Shown here: piece by piece, positions 1 through 11,739 of the stretch
Position numbering within the stretch: position 1 is the stretch's first letter
Layout of the letters: every line of letters begins with the position of its first letter
Assembly: GCA_965153285.1 (NCBI GenBank)
Contig: OZ229111.1
DNA from: Podarcis tiliguerta
Taxonomy: Eukaryota
Length of the DNA: 64,000 nt
Direction: 5' to 3' (one strand)
Notes under the pieces: generated by a model
Told to the model about the DNA's origin: nothing
The model's database searches: none
The model's input: the letters and a program-made list of their open reading frames with translations, nothing else
Program-made: the position numbers and the translations under genes

Positions 1-152
1 CACTTGGATAGATCAAATGGCTTGACTTGCCAGCTCTTTATATCTAGGGTACAGCACCTGAGTTTCTGGCACACATCATAACATTCATTTTACTGTTATT
101 TATGATGGATTAAATTTATATCCTGCTCTTCCTCCCAAAGATGCCCATGCTG

Positions 153-3100
153 CCGCTTCGCCATGAGTTTGTGGGGAGGGCTCTTCCCCCAGCAAGCCCA
201 CTTTACTAGGCCAGGGGGCGGGGCCCACATTCACCATCGCCACAACTGTAAGGACACTGGTGCTGCAGCAGCAAATGTTTAAAATGTTTTTATATATTTT
301 AAAAGGGTTTTTAGTTTTTTACTTTGTTGTACCACCATAAACGGTGGTTTTTATCCATGTATTTTTATTTTGTTTTGTGTTATTTTGGGGTGGGGTGGGA
401 TGGTTGTTGAGTGGGGTGGGGATTGGTTTTGTTTTAGTGTAACTGTTTTGCCTGTTTGCTTGCTTTTATATTTTGTAAATCGAGGAGAGTATGAGGCTTG
501 GGATTCCTACTGTGGAGGGGCGAGGGAGGTATGGCGGTGGGGGCAGATGTTATAGGCGAAGGGGATCGAGATACGGATATGCTCGTACCCCTTCCAATCT
601 GCGCCCCATCCCGAGAGACGAGGGTAGGGTGAACAAGGATTACTCACCTCCGTCACTGGTGTTGTGCAATGCCAGGTCTATAGGCAACAAAACCGCCACC
701 CTGCGAGATTTCTTCATCTCGCAGGGGGTCGACCTGGCTTGTGTGACGGAGACCTGGGTGCGTGAAGGGGATACTGTTACCTTACGACAGATGGCGCCCC
801 CGGGTTTCTCCGTCCTCCACCAGTCACGGACTGTGGGCCGGGGGGGAGGGGTGGCATTATTAATCCGGGAAAATTGTTCTTTCAGGGCTCTACCATCGCC
901 ATCGATCCCCGGCATTGAATGTGTTGGCCTAGTGTGGGGCTCCGAGGTGAGCTTGGCTGTCTGGCTGGTGTACCGGCCACCTAGCGCACCAGCAGCCACC
1001 CTGTCAGGCCTGCTGGAGGCTGTGGCCGGCTGGGCCTTGGAGTTTCCTAACCTATTGGTATTGGGGGACTTCAACATCCATGCTGATGCCACTCCCTCCT
1101 CACAGGCTCTGGACCTGGTGTCTTCCATGGCGACACTAGGGCTCTCCCAGTTTGTTTCGGGCCCCACACATCAAGCAGGCCACACGCTGGATTTGATCTT
1201 TGGGGCCGGTATAGATGTGATCATGTTTCCTTCGATGAAGGTGCCATGGTCTGATCACTACGCTCTGAAAGCCAGGATTGATGTCCCACCCCCACCCCGC
1301 TTAGGTGGCGAGCCGATTTGGGCTCGCCCGCAGAGGCTGATGGACCCTGATAAATTCCGCCAAGCCTTGCGGGACCTTGCTCCCCCTGGCGACTCATTGA
1401 CTGAGCTTGTTGAGGGCTGGAATACCCAGCTCCTGGCAGCCATCGATGAGATCGCACCTAAGCGCCCTCTGCGACCCCGCAGAAACCGGGCTCCCTGGTT
1501 TACCGAGGAGCTCCGGAAAATGAAGCGGGACCTCAGACGGCTAGAGCGAGTATGGCGGGGTGCCCGTGACGGAGCTTCAAGAACATCTTATAGGGTTTTT
1601 ATGAAAACCTATGAGATGGCAGTGAAGGCCGCTAAGAAGTCCTACTTCTCGGCCTCCATTGCATCCGCTAGCTCTCGCCCGGCGCAATTATTTAGTATAA
1701 TTCGGTCTTTAACATCCCTTGAAGGACAGCCAAATTTAAATAATAATTTGACACATAGCTGTGAGGCATTTGCGAGCTTCTTTGCGGAGAAGGTCCTGTT
1801 GCTCCGCCATGACCTCCCTGCCAATTTGGATACAATAAAGGAACTGGAGGCCCCTCGACTGTCCTCGGGTCCAGTATTGGACCACTTTGACCGGATATCC
1901 CCAGCCGATGTGGACAGACTCCTCCGAGCTGGAAAGCCCACTACTTGTCCTCTCGACCCGTGCCCGTCCTGGCTGATTAGAGCGTGTCCAGACGAGGTGC
2001 GGGCCCCCCTGGGGGATATCATCAATTTGTCCCTTGGCACCGGGACATTCCCAGGGGAACTGAAGGAGGCAGTGGTGCACCCGCTCTTAAAGAAAACATC
2101 ATTAGATCCCTTAGATCTATCCAATTACCGCCCGGTTTCGAATCTTCCATTCCTGGGTAAGGTGATTGAGAGAGCGGTTGCTGAACAGCTTGGTAGGTTT
2201 CTGGATGAAACATCGGCTCTGGATCCATTCCAGTCCGGCTTCCGCGCTGGTCATGGGACCGAGACGGCTCTGGTCGCCCTAACAGATGATCTCCGCAGGC
2301 AGCTGGATCAAGGCGGGTCGGGGCTGCTGATTCTTCTAGACCTGTCAGCAGCCTTTGACATGGTCGATCACGAACTCCTGGACCACCGCCTTGCCGACGT
2401 GGGGATCCAGGGCACAGTCCTTCAATGGCTGCGCTCGTTTCTCTCCGGTCGGGGACAGAGGGTGGCGCTTGGGGGGGAATTGTCATCCCGCCACTCCTTG
2501 GTGTGTGGAGTGCCCCAGGGTGCGATACTCTCCCCGATGCTTTTTAACATCTTTATGCGCCCCCTCGCCCAGCTTGTCCGGAGTTTTGGGCTGGGCTGCC
2601 ATCAGTATGCTGATGACACCCAACTCTATCTGTTGATGGATGGCCACCCTGACTCGGCCCCAGACACACTGACCAGATGCTTGGAAGCTGTGGCTGGATG
2701 GTTACGTGGGAGCCGGTTGAAGTTAAATCCTTCGAAGACAGAGGTCCTCTGGCTGGGACGGGACGATATGGGATTGAGGGGGCAACTCCCATCTCTAGCG
2801 GGGGTGCAATTAGTGCCAGCACCGTCCGTTAAGAGTTTGGGTGTAATCTTCGACACCTCCCTCTCCATGGAGGCGCAGATTGCAGCTATAACAAAGGCGG
2901 CATTTTTTCATCTCCGCCAAGCTAAGCAGTTGGCTCCTTACCTCTCTCGCCCTGACCTAGCCACTGTGATCCATGCGACGGTCACCTCCAGACTGGATTA
3001 TTGTAACTCGCTCTACGTGGGGCTGCCCTTGAGACTGACCCAGAAACTCCAGAGGGTGCAGAATGCCGCAGCGAGACTCCTTACAGGGTCTTCACTGCGA

Positions 3101-3660
3101 GATCACATTCATCCGGTGCTATACCAGCTGCACTGGCTCCCGGTGGAGTACAGGATCAGGTTTAAGGTGCTGGTTTTAACCTTTAAAGCCCTATACGGCC
3201 TAGGACCCTCGTACCTACGGGACCGCCTCTCCTGGTATGCCCCACAGAGAAACCTACGCTCGTCAAATAAAAACATCCTGAAGGTCCCAGGCCTCAGAGA
3301 GGTTAGGCTGGCCTCAACTAGAGCCAGGGCTTTCTCGGCTGCGGCTCCAATCTGGTGGAACGCTCTGTCACAAGAGACTAGGGCCCTGCGGGACCTGACA
3401 TCTTTCCGCAGAGCCTGCAAGACAGAGTTGTTCCACCAGGCCTTTGGTCAGGTCCCAGCCTGACTCCCTCCTCTGGCAACCTGCACAGAATTTTGCTCAA
3501 CGGTTGCCATTAATTTGACTTTAATTAATTTTATAATGGAATGTTTTTAGAATGTTTGATTATTTGATTGTTTGATTATTTAACTGTTGTTAGCCGCCCT
3601 GAGCCCGGCTTCGGCTGGGGAGGGCGGGATATAAATAAAATTTATTATTTATTATTATTA
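153..3660 (+). mobile_element. L2-clade LINE, young, with intact ORF2 (5' boundary approximate)
   Basis: Single 990-aa ORF, ~200-nt 3' UTR with a terminal stem-loop (3594-3627) and (TTA)n-like tail; CpGs largely unmutated. Confidence 0.88.
491..3463 (+). CDS. L2 ORF2: APE-like endonuclease plus reverse transcriptase
   Basis: APE motifs CNARS, VTETW, VYRPP, GDFN, TLDLIF, SDH; RT motifs QSGFR, LDLSAAFD, GVPQG, YADDTQ; L2-type C-terminus RLDYCNS...LHWLPV. Confidence 0.93.
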   Translation: MRLGIPTVEGRGRYGGGGRCYRRRGSRYGYARTPSNLRPIPRDEGRVNKDYSPPSLVLCNARSIGNKTATLRDFFISQGVDLACVTETWVREGDTVTLRQMAPPGFSVLHQSRTVGRGGGVALLIRENCSFRALPSPSIPGIECVGLVWGSEVSLAVWLVYRPPSAPAATLSGLLEAVAGWALEFPNLLVLGDFNIHADATPSSQALDLVSSMATLGLSQFVSGPTHQAGHTLDLIFGAGIDVIMFPSMKVPWSDHYALKARIDVPPPPRLGGEPIWARPQRLMDPDKFRQALRDLAPPGDSLTELVEGWNTQLLAAIDEIAPKRPLRPRRNRAPWFTEELRKMKRDLRRLERVWRGARDGASRTSYRVFMKTYEMAVKAAKKSYFSASIASASSRPAQLFSIIRSLTSLEGQPNLNNNLTHSCEAFASFFAEKVLLLRHDLPANLDTIKELEAPRLSSGPVLDHFDRISPADVDRLLRAGKPTTCPLDPCPSWLIRACPDEVRAPLGDIINLSLGTGTFPGELKEAVVHPLLKKTSLDPLDLSNYRPVSNLPFLGKVIERAVAEQLGRFLDETSALDPFQSGFRAGHGTETALVALTDDLRRQLDQGGSGLLILLDLSAAFDMVDHELLDHRLADVGIQGTVLQWLRSFLSGRGQRVALGGELSSRHSLVCGVPQGAILSPMLFNIFMRPLAQLVRSFGLGCHQYADDTQLYLLMDGHPDSAPDTLTRCLEAVAGWLRGSRLKLNPSKTEVLWLGRDDMGLRGQLPSLAGVQLVPAPSVKSLGVIFDTSLSMEAQIAAITKAAFFHLRQAKQLAPYLSRPDLATVIHATVTSRLDYCNSLYVGLPLRLTQKLQRVQNAAARLLTGSSLRDHIHPVLYQLHWLPVEYRIRFKVLVLTFKALYGLGPSYLRDRLSWYAPQRNLRSSNKNILKVPGLREVRLASTRARAFSAAAPIWWNALSQETRALRDLTSFRRACKTELFHQAFGQVPA

Positions 3661-3714
3661 AGTGGAGAAAAGACAAGCGATATAAGAAATGAAACAGTTC
3701 AAAAGCAAAAATTT

Positions 3715-5896
3715 GTCCATGGGATCTCACCCAGCACTTCCCTAAGTTTTTGACTTCATAAAACTTAGGGAAGTGCTGGGTGAGATCCCATGGACAGTAA
3801 TACTAAAAGGAAAGGGAGTTCATGATGGCTGGGAGTTTGTTAAGAGGGAGATAGTAAAAGCACAACTTCAGGCAATACCAATGAGACGGAAACATGGAAG
3901 GTGCCTAAAGAAGCCAGGGTGGCTATCTAAAGAACTTTTAACTGAGTTAAGATTAAAAAAGGATGTGTACAAAAAATGGAAAAGGGGGGAAACCACCAAA
4001 GAGGAATTCAAACAAATAGCCAGCACGTGTAGACACAAAGTCAGAAAAGCTAAAGCACAGAATGAACTCAGGCTTGCTAGAGAGGTTAAAAGCAACAAAA
4101 AAGGCTTCTATGGGTATGTTCGTAGCAAAAGGAAGAACAAAGAAACAGTGGGGTCACTCAGAGGAGAAGATGGTGAAATGCAAACAGGGGACACAGAAAG
4201 GGCTGAACTCCTCAATGCCTTCTTTGCCTCAGTCTTCTCCGATAAAGAAAACAATGCCCGACCTGAAGAATTTGGAGGAAATGATTCAGCAGAGGAAACA
4301 CAGCCCAGAATAACTAAGGAGAAAGTACAAGAATACTTGGCTAGTTTAGATGTATTCAAGTCTCCAGGGCCAGATGAACTGCATCCAAGAGTATTAAAAG
4401 AACTGGCAGATGTGATCTCAGAACCACTGGCAGTCATCTTTGAGAATTCCTGGAGAACAGGCGAAGTCCCGGCAGACTGGAGGAGGGCAAATGTTGTCCC
4501 TATTTTCAAAAAGGGGAAAAGAGAGGACCCAAATAATTACCGCCCAGTCAGTCTAACATCAATACCAGGGAAGATTCTGGAGCAGATCATTAAGCAAACA
4601 ATCTGTGAGCACCTAGAAAGGAATGCTGTGATCACCAATAGTCAGCATGGATTTCTGAAAAATAAGTCATGTCAGACTAACCTGATCTCATTTTTTGACA
4701 GAATTACAAGCCTGGTAGATGAAGGGAACGCAGTGGATGTAGTCTACCTTGATTTCAGCAAGGCATTTGACAAGGTGCCCCATGATATTCTTCTAAAGAA
4801 GCTGGTAAAATGCGGTCTTGACTATGCTACCACTCAGTGGATTTGTAACTGGCTGACTGACCGGACCCAAAGGGTGCTCATCAATGGTTCCTCTTCATCC
4901 TGGAGAAGAGTGACTAGTGGGGTGCCACAGGGTTCTGTCTTGGGCCCGGTCTTATTCAACATCTTTATCAACGACTTGGATGATGGACTCAAGGGCATCC
5001 TGATCAAATTTGCAGATGACACCAAACTGGGAGGGGTGGCTAACACCCCAGAGGACAGGATCACACTTCAAAACGACCTTGACAGATTAGAGAACTGGGC
5101 CAAAACAAACAAGATGAACTTTAACAGGGAGAAATGTAAAGTATTGCACTTGGGCAAAAAAAATGAGAGGCACAAATACAAGATGGGTGACACCTGGCTT
5201 GAGAGCAGTACATGTGAAAAGGATCTAGGAGTCTTGGTTGACCACAAACTTAACATGAGCCAACAGTGTGACGCGGCAGCTAAAAAAGCCAATGCAATTC
5301 TGGGCTGCATCAATAGGAGTATAGCATCTAGATCAAGGGAAGTTATCGTGCCACTGTATTCTGCTCTGGTCAGACCTCACCTGGAGTACTGTGTCCAGTT
5401 CTGGGCACCACAGTTCAAGAAGGACACTGACAAACTAGAACGTGTACAGAGGAGGGCAACCAAAATGGTCAAAGGCCTGGAAACAATGCCTTATGAGGAT
5501 CGGCTAAGGGAGCTGGGCATGTTTAGCCTGGAGAAGAGGAGGTTAAGGGGTGATATGATAGCCATGTTCAAATATATAAAAGGATGTCACATAGAGGAGG
5601 GAGAAAGGTTGTTTTCTGCTGCTCCAGAGAAGCGGACACGGAGCAATGGATACAAACTACAAGAAAGAAGATTCCACCTAAACATTAGGAAGAACTTCCT
5701 GACAGTAAGAGCTGTTCGACAGTGGAATTTGCTGCCAAGGAGTGTGGTGGAGTCTCCTTCTTTGGAGGTCTTTAAGCAGAGGCTTGACAACCATATGTCA
5801 GGAGTGCTCTGATGGTGTTTCCTGCTTGGCAGGGGGTTGGACTCGATGACCCTTGTGGTCTCTTCCAACTCTATGATTCTATGATTCTATGATTCT
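3715..5896 (+). mobile_element. CR1 LINE, 5'-truncated, with inverted duplication at the 5' junction
   Basis: (ATTCTATG)n tail ending at 5896; TSD AAAAATTT at 3707-3714 and 5897-5904. Confidence 0.93.
3752..5812 (+). CDS. CR1 ORF2 remnant (RT and C-terminus, no endonuclease), uninterrupted frame
   Basis: [55 protein letters not shown]. The frame is open from the truncation point; the GTG 'start' at 3773 is not a native start. Confidence 0.85.
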   Translation, partial: DFIKLREVLGEIPWTVILKGKGVHDGWEFVKREIVKAQLQAIPMRRKHGRCLKKPGWLSKELLTELRLKKDVYKKWKRGETTKEEFKQIASTCRHKVRKAKAQNELRLAREVKSNKKGFYGYVRSKRKNKETVGSLRGEDGEMQTGDTERAELLNAFFASVFSDKENNARPEEFGGNDSAEETQPRITKEKVQEYLASLDVFKSPGPDELHPRVLKELADVISEPLAVIFENSWRTGEVPADWRRANVVPIFKKGKREDPNNYRPVSLTSIPGKILEQIIKQTICEHLERNAVITNSQHGFLKNKSCQTNLISFFDRITSLVDEGNAVDVVYLDFSKAFDKVPHDILLKKLVKCGLDYATTQWICNWLTDRTQRVLINGSSSSWRRVTSGVPQGSVLGPVLFNIFINDLDDGLKGILIKFADDTKLGGVANTPEDRITLQNDLDRLENWAKTNKMNFNREKCKVLHLGKKNERHKYKMGDTWLESSTCEKDLGVLVDHKLNMSQQCDAAAKKANAILGCINRSIASRSREVIVPLYSALVRPHLEYCVQFWAPQFKKDTDKLERVQRRATKMVKGLETMPYEDRLRELGMFSLEKRRLRGDMIAMFKYIKGCHIEEGERLFSAAPEKRTRSNGYKLQERRFHLNIRKNFLTVRAVRQWNLLPRSVVESPSLEVFKQRLDNHMSGVL

Positions 5897-7689
5897 AAAA
5901 ATTTATAATTTGGCAGAATATTTGGACTATATGATATGTATTTGTATAATTTGGAATATTTAATGTGATTTGATTGGATTGTTAAAATGGAAAATTTAAT
6001 TTAAAAATTATTTTTTAAAAAAGAAAAGGTTCAAAAACTATGAAAACAATTCCAATGCAGACACAGACAGCATTATATACTACCGGTATATGTAGGCTAG
6101 TGAATTTAGCAAGACCAAGCTACAATCCGCTGCTGCCCTCATCAGGTGTTACCAAACATGGAAACTATAGTGTAAAGGAGGGTCAGTGGGGAGGGACACA
6201 CTGAAAATTTCAAAATGCACGGGGAACCTCCATATTTACAAGCAATTCTCAGTGCAGACTTCCAACTCCTTGGGAGGAGACAAAAAATGGCATGGAAGGT
6301 GGACAGAGTTTGGGCCAGTGGAGGCTAATCCTTTAGGGCAAATGTGTCACTGCCCCACCAACCTCAGTCTTTGATTCCTTCTAGTCCACTTGCCTTCTTA
6401 CTTGCAACCAGTCCAGAGGGGGGCTCTGTCTGCTCCCTCCTTCTTAAGTCTCAATTTTGCCCTTGTAGGACTCAGCAGAGGACAATGGAGACAAAAGTTC
6501 AATTAATTGGCTCTGACTCCACCTATGTTTGGCCTTCTAGACTTCTGCCCTATCATTGCCAATGGGCACCACCCTCCATGGGCTGGTGTGTTTATCCCCA
6601 CTGATGACTCACACCTACACATAAGAACCTACACACTTAGCTAATGCTTACCAGGGCTATAGTTATCAAGGCTGCAAACCTGCTCCTACCTGCCTATGAG
6701 TAGGCACCACTGAACTCAGTGGAGCTTCTGAGTAAATATGTAAAGGCTGTGAAAAGAGCTCCCTAGTTTGGATAGGTGCCAGTCTACTAATTAAAGCCAT
6801 TTACTCCATTGAGTTTCAATTACTTGGTTAAGCCTATTTTAGAAATGCCTTTTTTTTGGATGGTTGGTTGGTTGGTTAAAATACCTACACTGGAGAGAGG
6901 GAGAGAGATGAAAAGCATGTCCTCATCCACCCATTTCTCAGCAATAATTACCTATTTGAGGATATTTCTTTTGCTTAAGTGAAAGAAAGTGATTTAAAAT
7001 GAGATGAATATTTATTTCAAAGCTAAAAAGTGGAGCATAGGCTTTTTGGGTTGCTTTAAAAAAAAAAAAAAAAAGCTTATCTTGGAGAGTAAAGATATAA
7101 TCTGTCTCCTCCAGCCCATAAAATATGTTTAAAATAAAAAGGGTGGCCAGAGTAAATCCAATAAGAAATAGAGTAACCCCCGCATAGCTGTCATTCTGCA
7201 CTGAGGATGATAAATTTCTTTGTTGCATTTTATTTTTTATATATACCGATATATTAAAATGTAGATAAAAATTTAAAGCAAAAAAGTGGACCAAGCTAAT
7301 TTAATCCCACACATATTCATATTATTTAGCCAGAATCAATCATTAATGTTATCTTGCTACAACAGATTGTGAGCCAAATTATTGATTTTTTAAATAAGAC
7401 TGCAAGGTTTTCAATCGGACGTGCCACTCATGTTTAGATGCCCAACCCTAAGACAGGGTGGAGTTGTTGTGCATTTTGTCATGTCCCTGAGTTATCTCCT
7501 TCACCCACTTTTCTCATTTACCTGGAGAGAGAGAAATCTTGCTGGCTACGGTTGGTCCAAAGTATGTATTATACCCATTCTGAGGTTCATATTGCAACTG
7601 TTCTCAGTGGTGTAGGGGAAATTCTCAAGTGCAGTTACTCTACACAAATTAAAAAACAAACAATTATTTGACTCATGCAGGATGCTTGA

Positions 7690-8075
7690 GAGTCCATCTC
7701 CTCTACCAGCCTGCCCACTCCCTGAGAACTATTGGAAAGGTCTTTCTTTTCCATCACTCATCACTGGCTGAAATATGCTAAGAGGACCTTCTCAGCAGCC
7801 ACTCTCAGATTGTGGCATGCCTTCCCCATGAGATCCATTGCACCCTGCTCTTCCAGGGTTTCTGTTAACTGATTAAAACACACCTGATAAAGATTTGTCA
7901 TGCTTTTGATATGATGTTCGTAGGCTATCATTTTAGAATGCTATTTACCAAATTGATCTCTGTTCTTACACTTTTGTTCTCCTTTCATTGGATTGCTTTG
8001 TTTTTAATCATTGTGAGTCACCGTGAGTGATGCAAATGCATTGAAAGGATGGGGCATGCATGATCAAAATAAGCA
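7690..8075 (+). mobile_element. Degraded L2 3' fragment
   Basis: Degenerate RAFS...LW-like coding end followed by an L2-like tail (tgtgagtcaccgtgag). Confidence 0.45.
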
Positions 8076-8918
8076 GACCTATTTGAGGGAGCTGAGAGGG
8101 TAGAATGAAGACAGTTACCCTGTGTGAACCGTATGCAGGTCAAGGTTTGATGGGATTTGCCGGTCCGAATCAGCCTAGCTTAACCCAACCTTAGGCTGGC
8201 AAATGTCCCTCTACCCTCAATGCAAAGGAGAATTGAGCACTTGTTGCTACCTTGGCTTGTACTCACTGCTCTTATTTCTCAGTTATGAAGTGGGTAAACT
8301 GAGAGGTACACTAGCAGAGGCGACCTGACCTGTTTAGCCACCTGAAGCAGAACAGGAAGGTGCCACCTCCCTCACCGAAGCCTCACTTACCAGAGTTGTG
8401 AAGTTGTGGCTTCTGGTAGTATCTCGAAAGTTCCCTGAGATCTTGTGAGAGTTGAGATAATTCCGGAAGCTGCCACCACACAACCCTGGCAGCGGTGGCA
8501 GGGACACCCATAGGAGCACCATCCCACGGGATTCCACTGTTTGAGGTGGCTGCCTCATGGATGAGCTGGCCCTATACGCTAGTTTAGCCCTAGTCCTGAG
8601 TCATCTTCAGAAGCTGAATCAGGGCCCTCCTTTCTTACCATTTCAAGTTCTATTCAGTGCTCCAACTATTGGTCTTCATTCCAGAGTTCAGCTGAGTGCA
8701 ACTCCATTCATGGGACACCCACACTGAAGTGGGGTGGCATTTCTGCTCATTCCACCAGTGGTGAAAGGGTGGTGGTTGTAGGGCATTATCGCTTCCTATC
8801 CCTTTCTCCCTCAGGAGCCTCCACTGGAGTGCAATCTCTGGTAAGAACAGAAGGAACCCTCCCATCTGCAAAAAGGCAACTCTAGAAACCACCCAATATC
8901 TTTATGTTGACAGACGTA

Positions 8919-9157
8919 CAACATGGTACCTTGGTTGTCGAACGGCTTCGCTCCTGAACAAATCGGCTCCTGAACGTCACAAACCCAGAAGTGTTCCCAT
9001 TTGCAAACTTTTTTGGAAGCCGAACGTCCGACGTGGCTTCCACTTGAGTTCAGGAAGTTCCTGCAGCCAATCGGAAGCCGCGCCTTGGTTTTCGAATGGT
9101 TTCAGGAGTCGATCGGACTCCTGGAACAGATTAAGTTTGACAGCCAAGGTACCACTG
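8919..9157. mobile_element. Tc1/mariner (Tigger/pogo-like) MITE, family C
   Basis: Right TIR ...CCAAGGTACCACTG followed by TA; degenerate left TIR; interior similar to the copies at 34055 and 49725. Confidence 0.7.
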
Positions 9158-11739
9158 TACTGTAAATTCATTGTATGCAGAAGAGGTAACTACTGATCCC
9201 AAGGATATAGCTATAGACACCCACCTTACCCTCTTGATTGCTTCTGAAACATATTCTATGTTTAAATTCTTTTAACTTTCCCTGGGAGCTCATGTTGAGG
9301 GGGGAATCTAGTAACAACAGGCCTCAACCCTGCGGCAATTCCAGAGACAAACATCACCACATATAAATGTTAGTCTAACACAATGTTCAATAATATTGCC
9401 AAGCGGAATTGAACAGCCTGAGTAATTTTTAGGATTCTATTTTTGCAAATGGATGGAGAAGACACCTTTGTTGGCATCTCAGAATTGGGAGATTTTCATT
9501 TCTTCCTTAAAATTAGAGCCCAGCGCTATAAGTAGAGCCCTGCTTGCTGATTACTCATGCCAACAGTTTCTGAAGAACACATGCCAGGACATTTCTTCCA
9601 CAGATAAACATGCTATTTTTGAAACAAAAAAAAATTTCAGAGCTTGTAAGTAAGCCAACCAGAGAAAGCTCAATAACCTTCCCAAGCAACAAAGCGGACG
9701 CACTCCTGGATGTATGTACATGAAAATAAGTGCTGGTTTATAAATGCAGTGTAGCCTGTTCATGTGTTACTCATCTATTTGTTATTTTATTCAATTTCTT
9801 ACCTACCCCTTTACCATAAGGTCCCAGGGCTGGCTGCAGTTATAAAAACAAACAAAACTGTTATAAAACACAAAGCACCATGCAAAACCAGTTCCATATA
9901 CACAACTGATGAGTAGGTGGCTCCAGCATTTGGATTCCTCTGCAGACAACCTTGAATAGTACATGAAGAGCTGATGGGGCTAACAGTGCAGCCCTGCTCT
10001 GCCATCAGCAGATATATAGCCTGCATATGAGTGCCTATGGACTCTCTCTTCACAAAAGGAAAATGGCAGCATCTAGACTTTGGAACTCCCTGCCTATTGA
10101 TATCAGAACGGCACCTTCACTGTACTCATTTTGGCGCCTGCGAAAAACATTTATTGTTGATTTTATCAACAATGACAATTTTATCTTTTTTCTAAACCAC
10201 TTTGAGATTTTTTTGGGTTTTTGTCTGTTTTACAATCAAGCAGTGCATAAATTTTATGAAATAAAAATTTCAAAGGAGTCTGCTACATTCGGCTACTTTA
10301 TACATACTACTTTATACACACATGTACAATACATACATTTATGGGCAGTAAATAATTGAGCCCGGGTGGTATCTGGCTGGTCTGCTGTGGATTGTGATGC
10401 ATTTTCTTATACTGTAATGTGTTGATTATATTGTACTGCAATGGCAACTACCCTGGTATTATTGACAAAGCGCAGTATAGAAGTCTTTTAATCAATGGTA
10501 ACTGAATGTGTGAACTGTATCAATTGAAAAGCGTGGAAGAATGAGGCAACATGCACACGCTGTCTGTGATGGTCCATTCATGCATGCAAGTGACTGCTGT
10601 GGACTATCAAACATCCAAGTGTGAGTCAAGCCTGAACACGTTCATTTCAATGGAATTTAATTCCAGGTGTCTCTGCATTAAAACTTTGGGTTGGATTTAA
10701 AATGTATCTTTCAGAGTTCAATAAGACCATTGAAACGGAACCATGGGTTATTCAGAGATTTCAGTGATCATTTTATATCTCATCCACCCCAAGTCAATAG
10801 AATAGGTAGAGGAGGGGAGAGAGATGATCTCACCCATTGACTTGTTTACATGCATGGTATTATATACTCACTTTAGCTGCTCTAGGGCTGGGCGTTATTT
10901 TGACTAATTATTGTGGGACAGAAATATGTAACAAAAGCTGTCTCAATAAAGAGTACTCCAAAGACTACAGATTCCAATTAAGCAAAAATGTTCGGTCTGG
11001 AGCTTCATAAACACCTGCTCCCCTACTCCCCTTCACAATTCAGATAAATATTGCATTTGAAACCCTCACAGATTTAAAAACACGCACTGCCAGACAGTTG
11101 AAATGCCTTGGATAAGCTTGAAGTTCGATGATTTAAGAACCCAATTAAACTGATTTGCTAGCGAGGCCAGTTTCACCGACGGGCTGCGTTTTAAAAATGT
11201 TTTATATGCCAACCGTGGCTTAAGCAAGATGAATACAAAGCTCTGTAAATATTTTGTCAACTCAGCTCCAAAGCTTACTGAAGCTGGCACATTAAAAGGG
11301 GAAATTCAATATTTTAGACCCACGCAAAACGCTCTTCCTGTAGGAATCGTTCTAGATTTGCTGTACTTACTCAATCCACACAAAGCGCCTGTCGATTGAT
11401 GGCACTGCCACCCGGGTGATGAGGAGTTAGCACTCACTGTGAGGTGCAAAGGGACTTGATGTCACACGTCAGAAATTCCAGCTTAAATTATCCCCCTCCC
11501 CTTCTTCAAACAAGCCAGCGTTGGCCAAAATTGAGATGCCCAAGAGCATCCAACGGGTGCTGGTGGGGATGAAAACAAGCTCACTAAAGCTCACACATTT
11601 ATCCTTCCACAGCCAGAGGTGCTGTTAGCAGGCGGGCCCAACCCCCAGGGACTTTTATGCTGGACACCAAATGCAGCAGAAAACTGTGAATGGAGACACT
11701 TTGCACTGATTGCTGATTTGAGTTTTATACTGGTATTGC

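Noticed and set aside
640-5868. Numerous antisense and alternate-frame ORFs within the L2 and CR1
   Set aside because: Shadow ORFs of long LINE reading frames; no independent coding signal.
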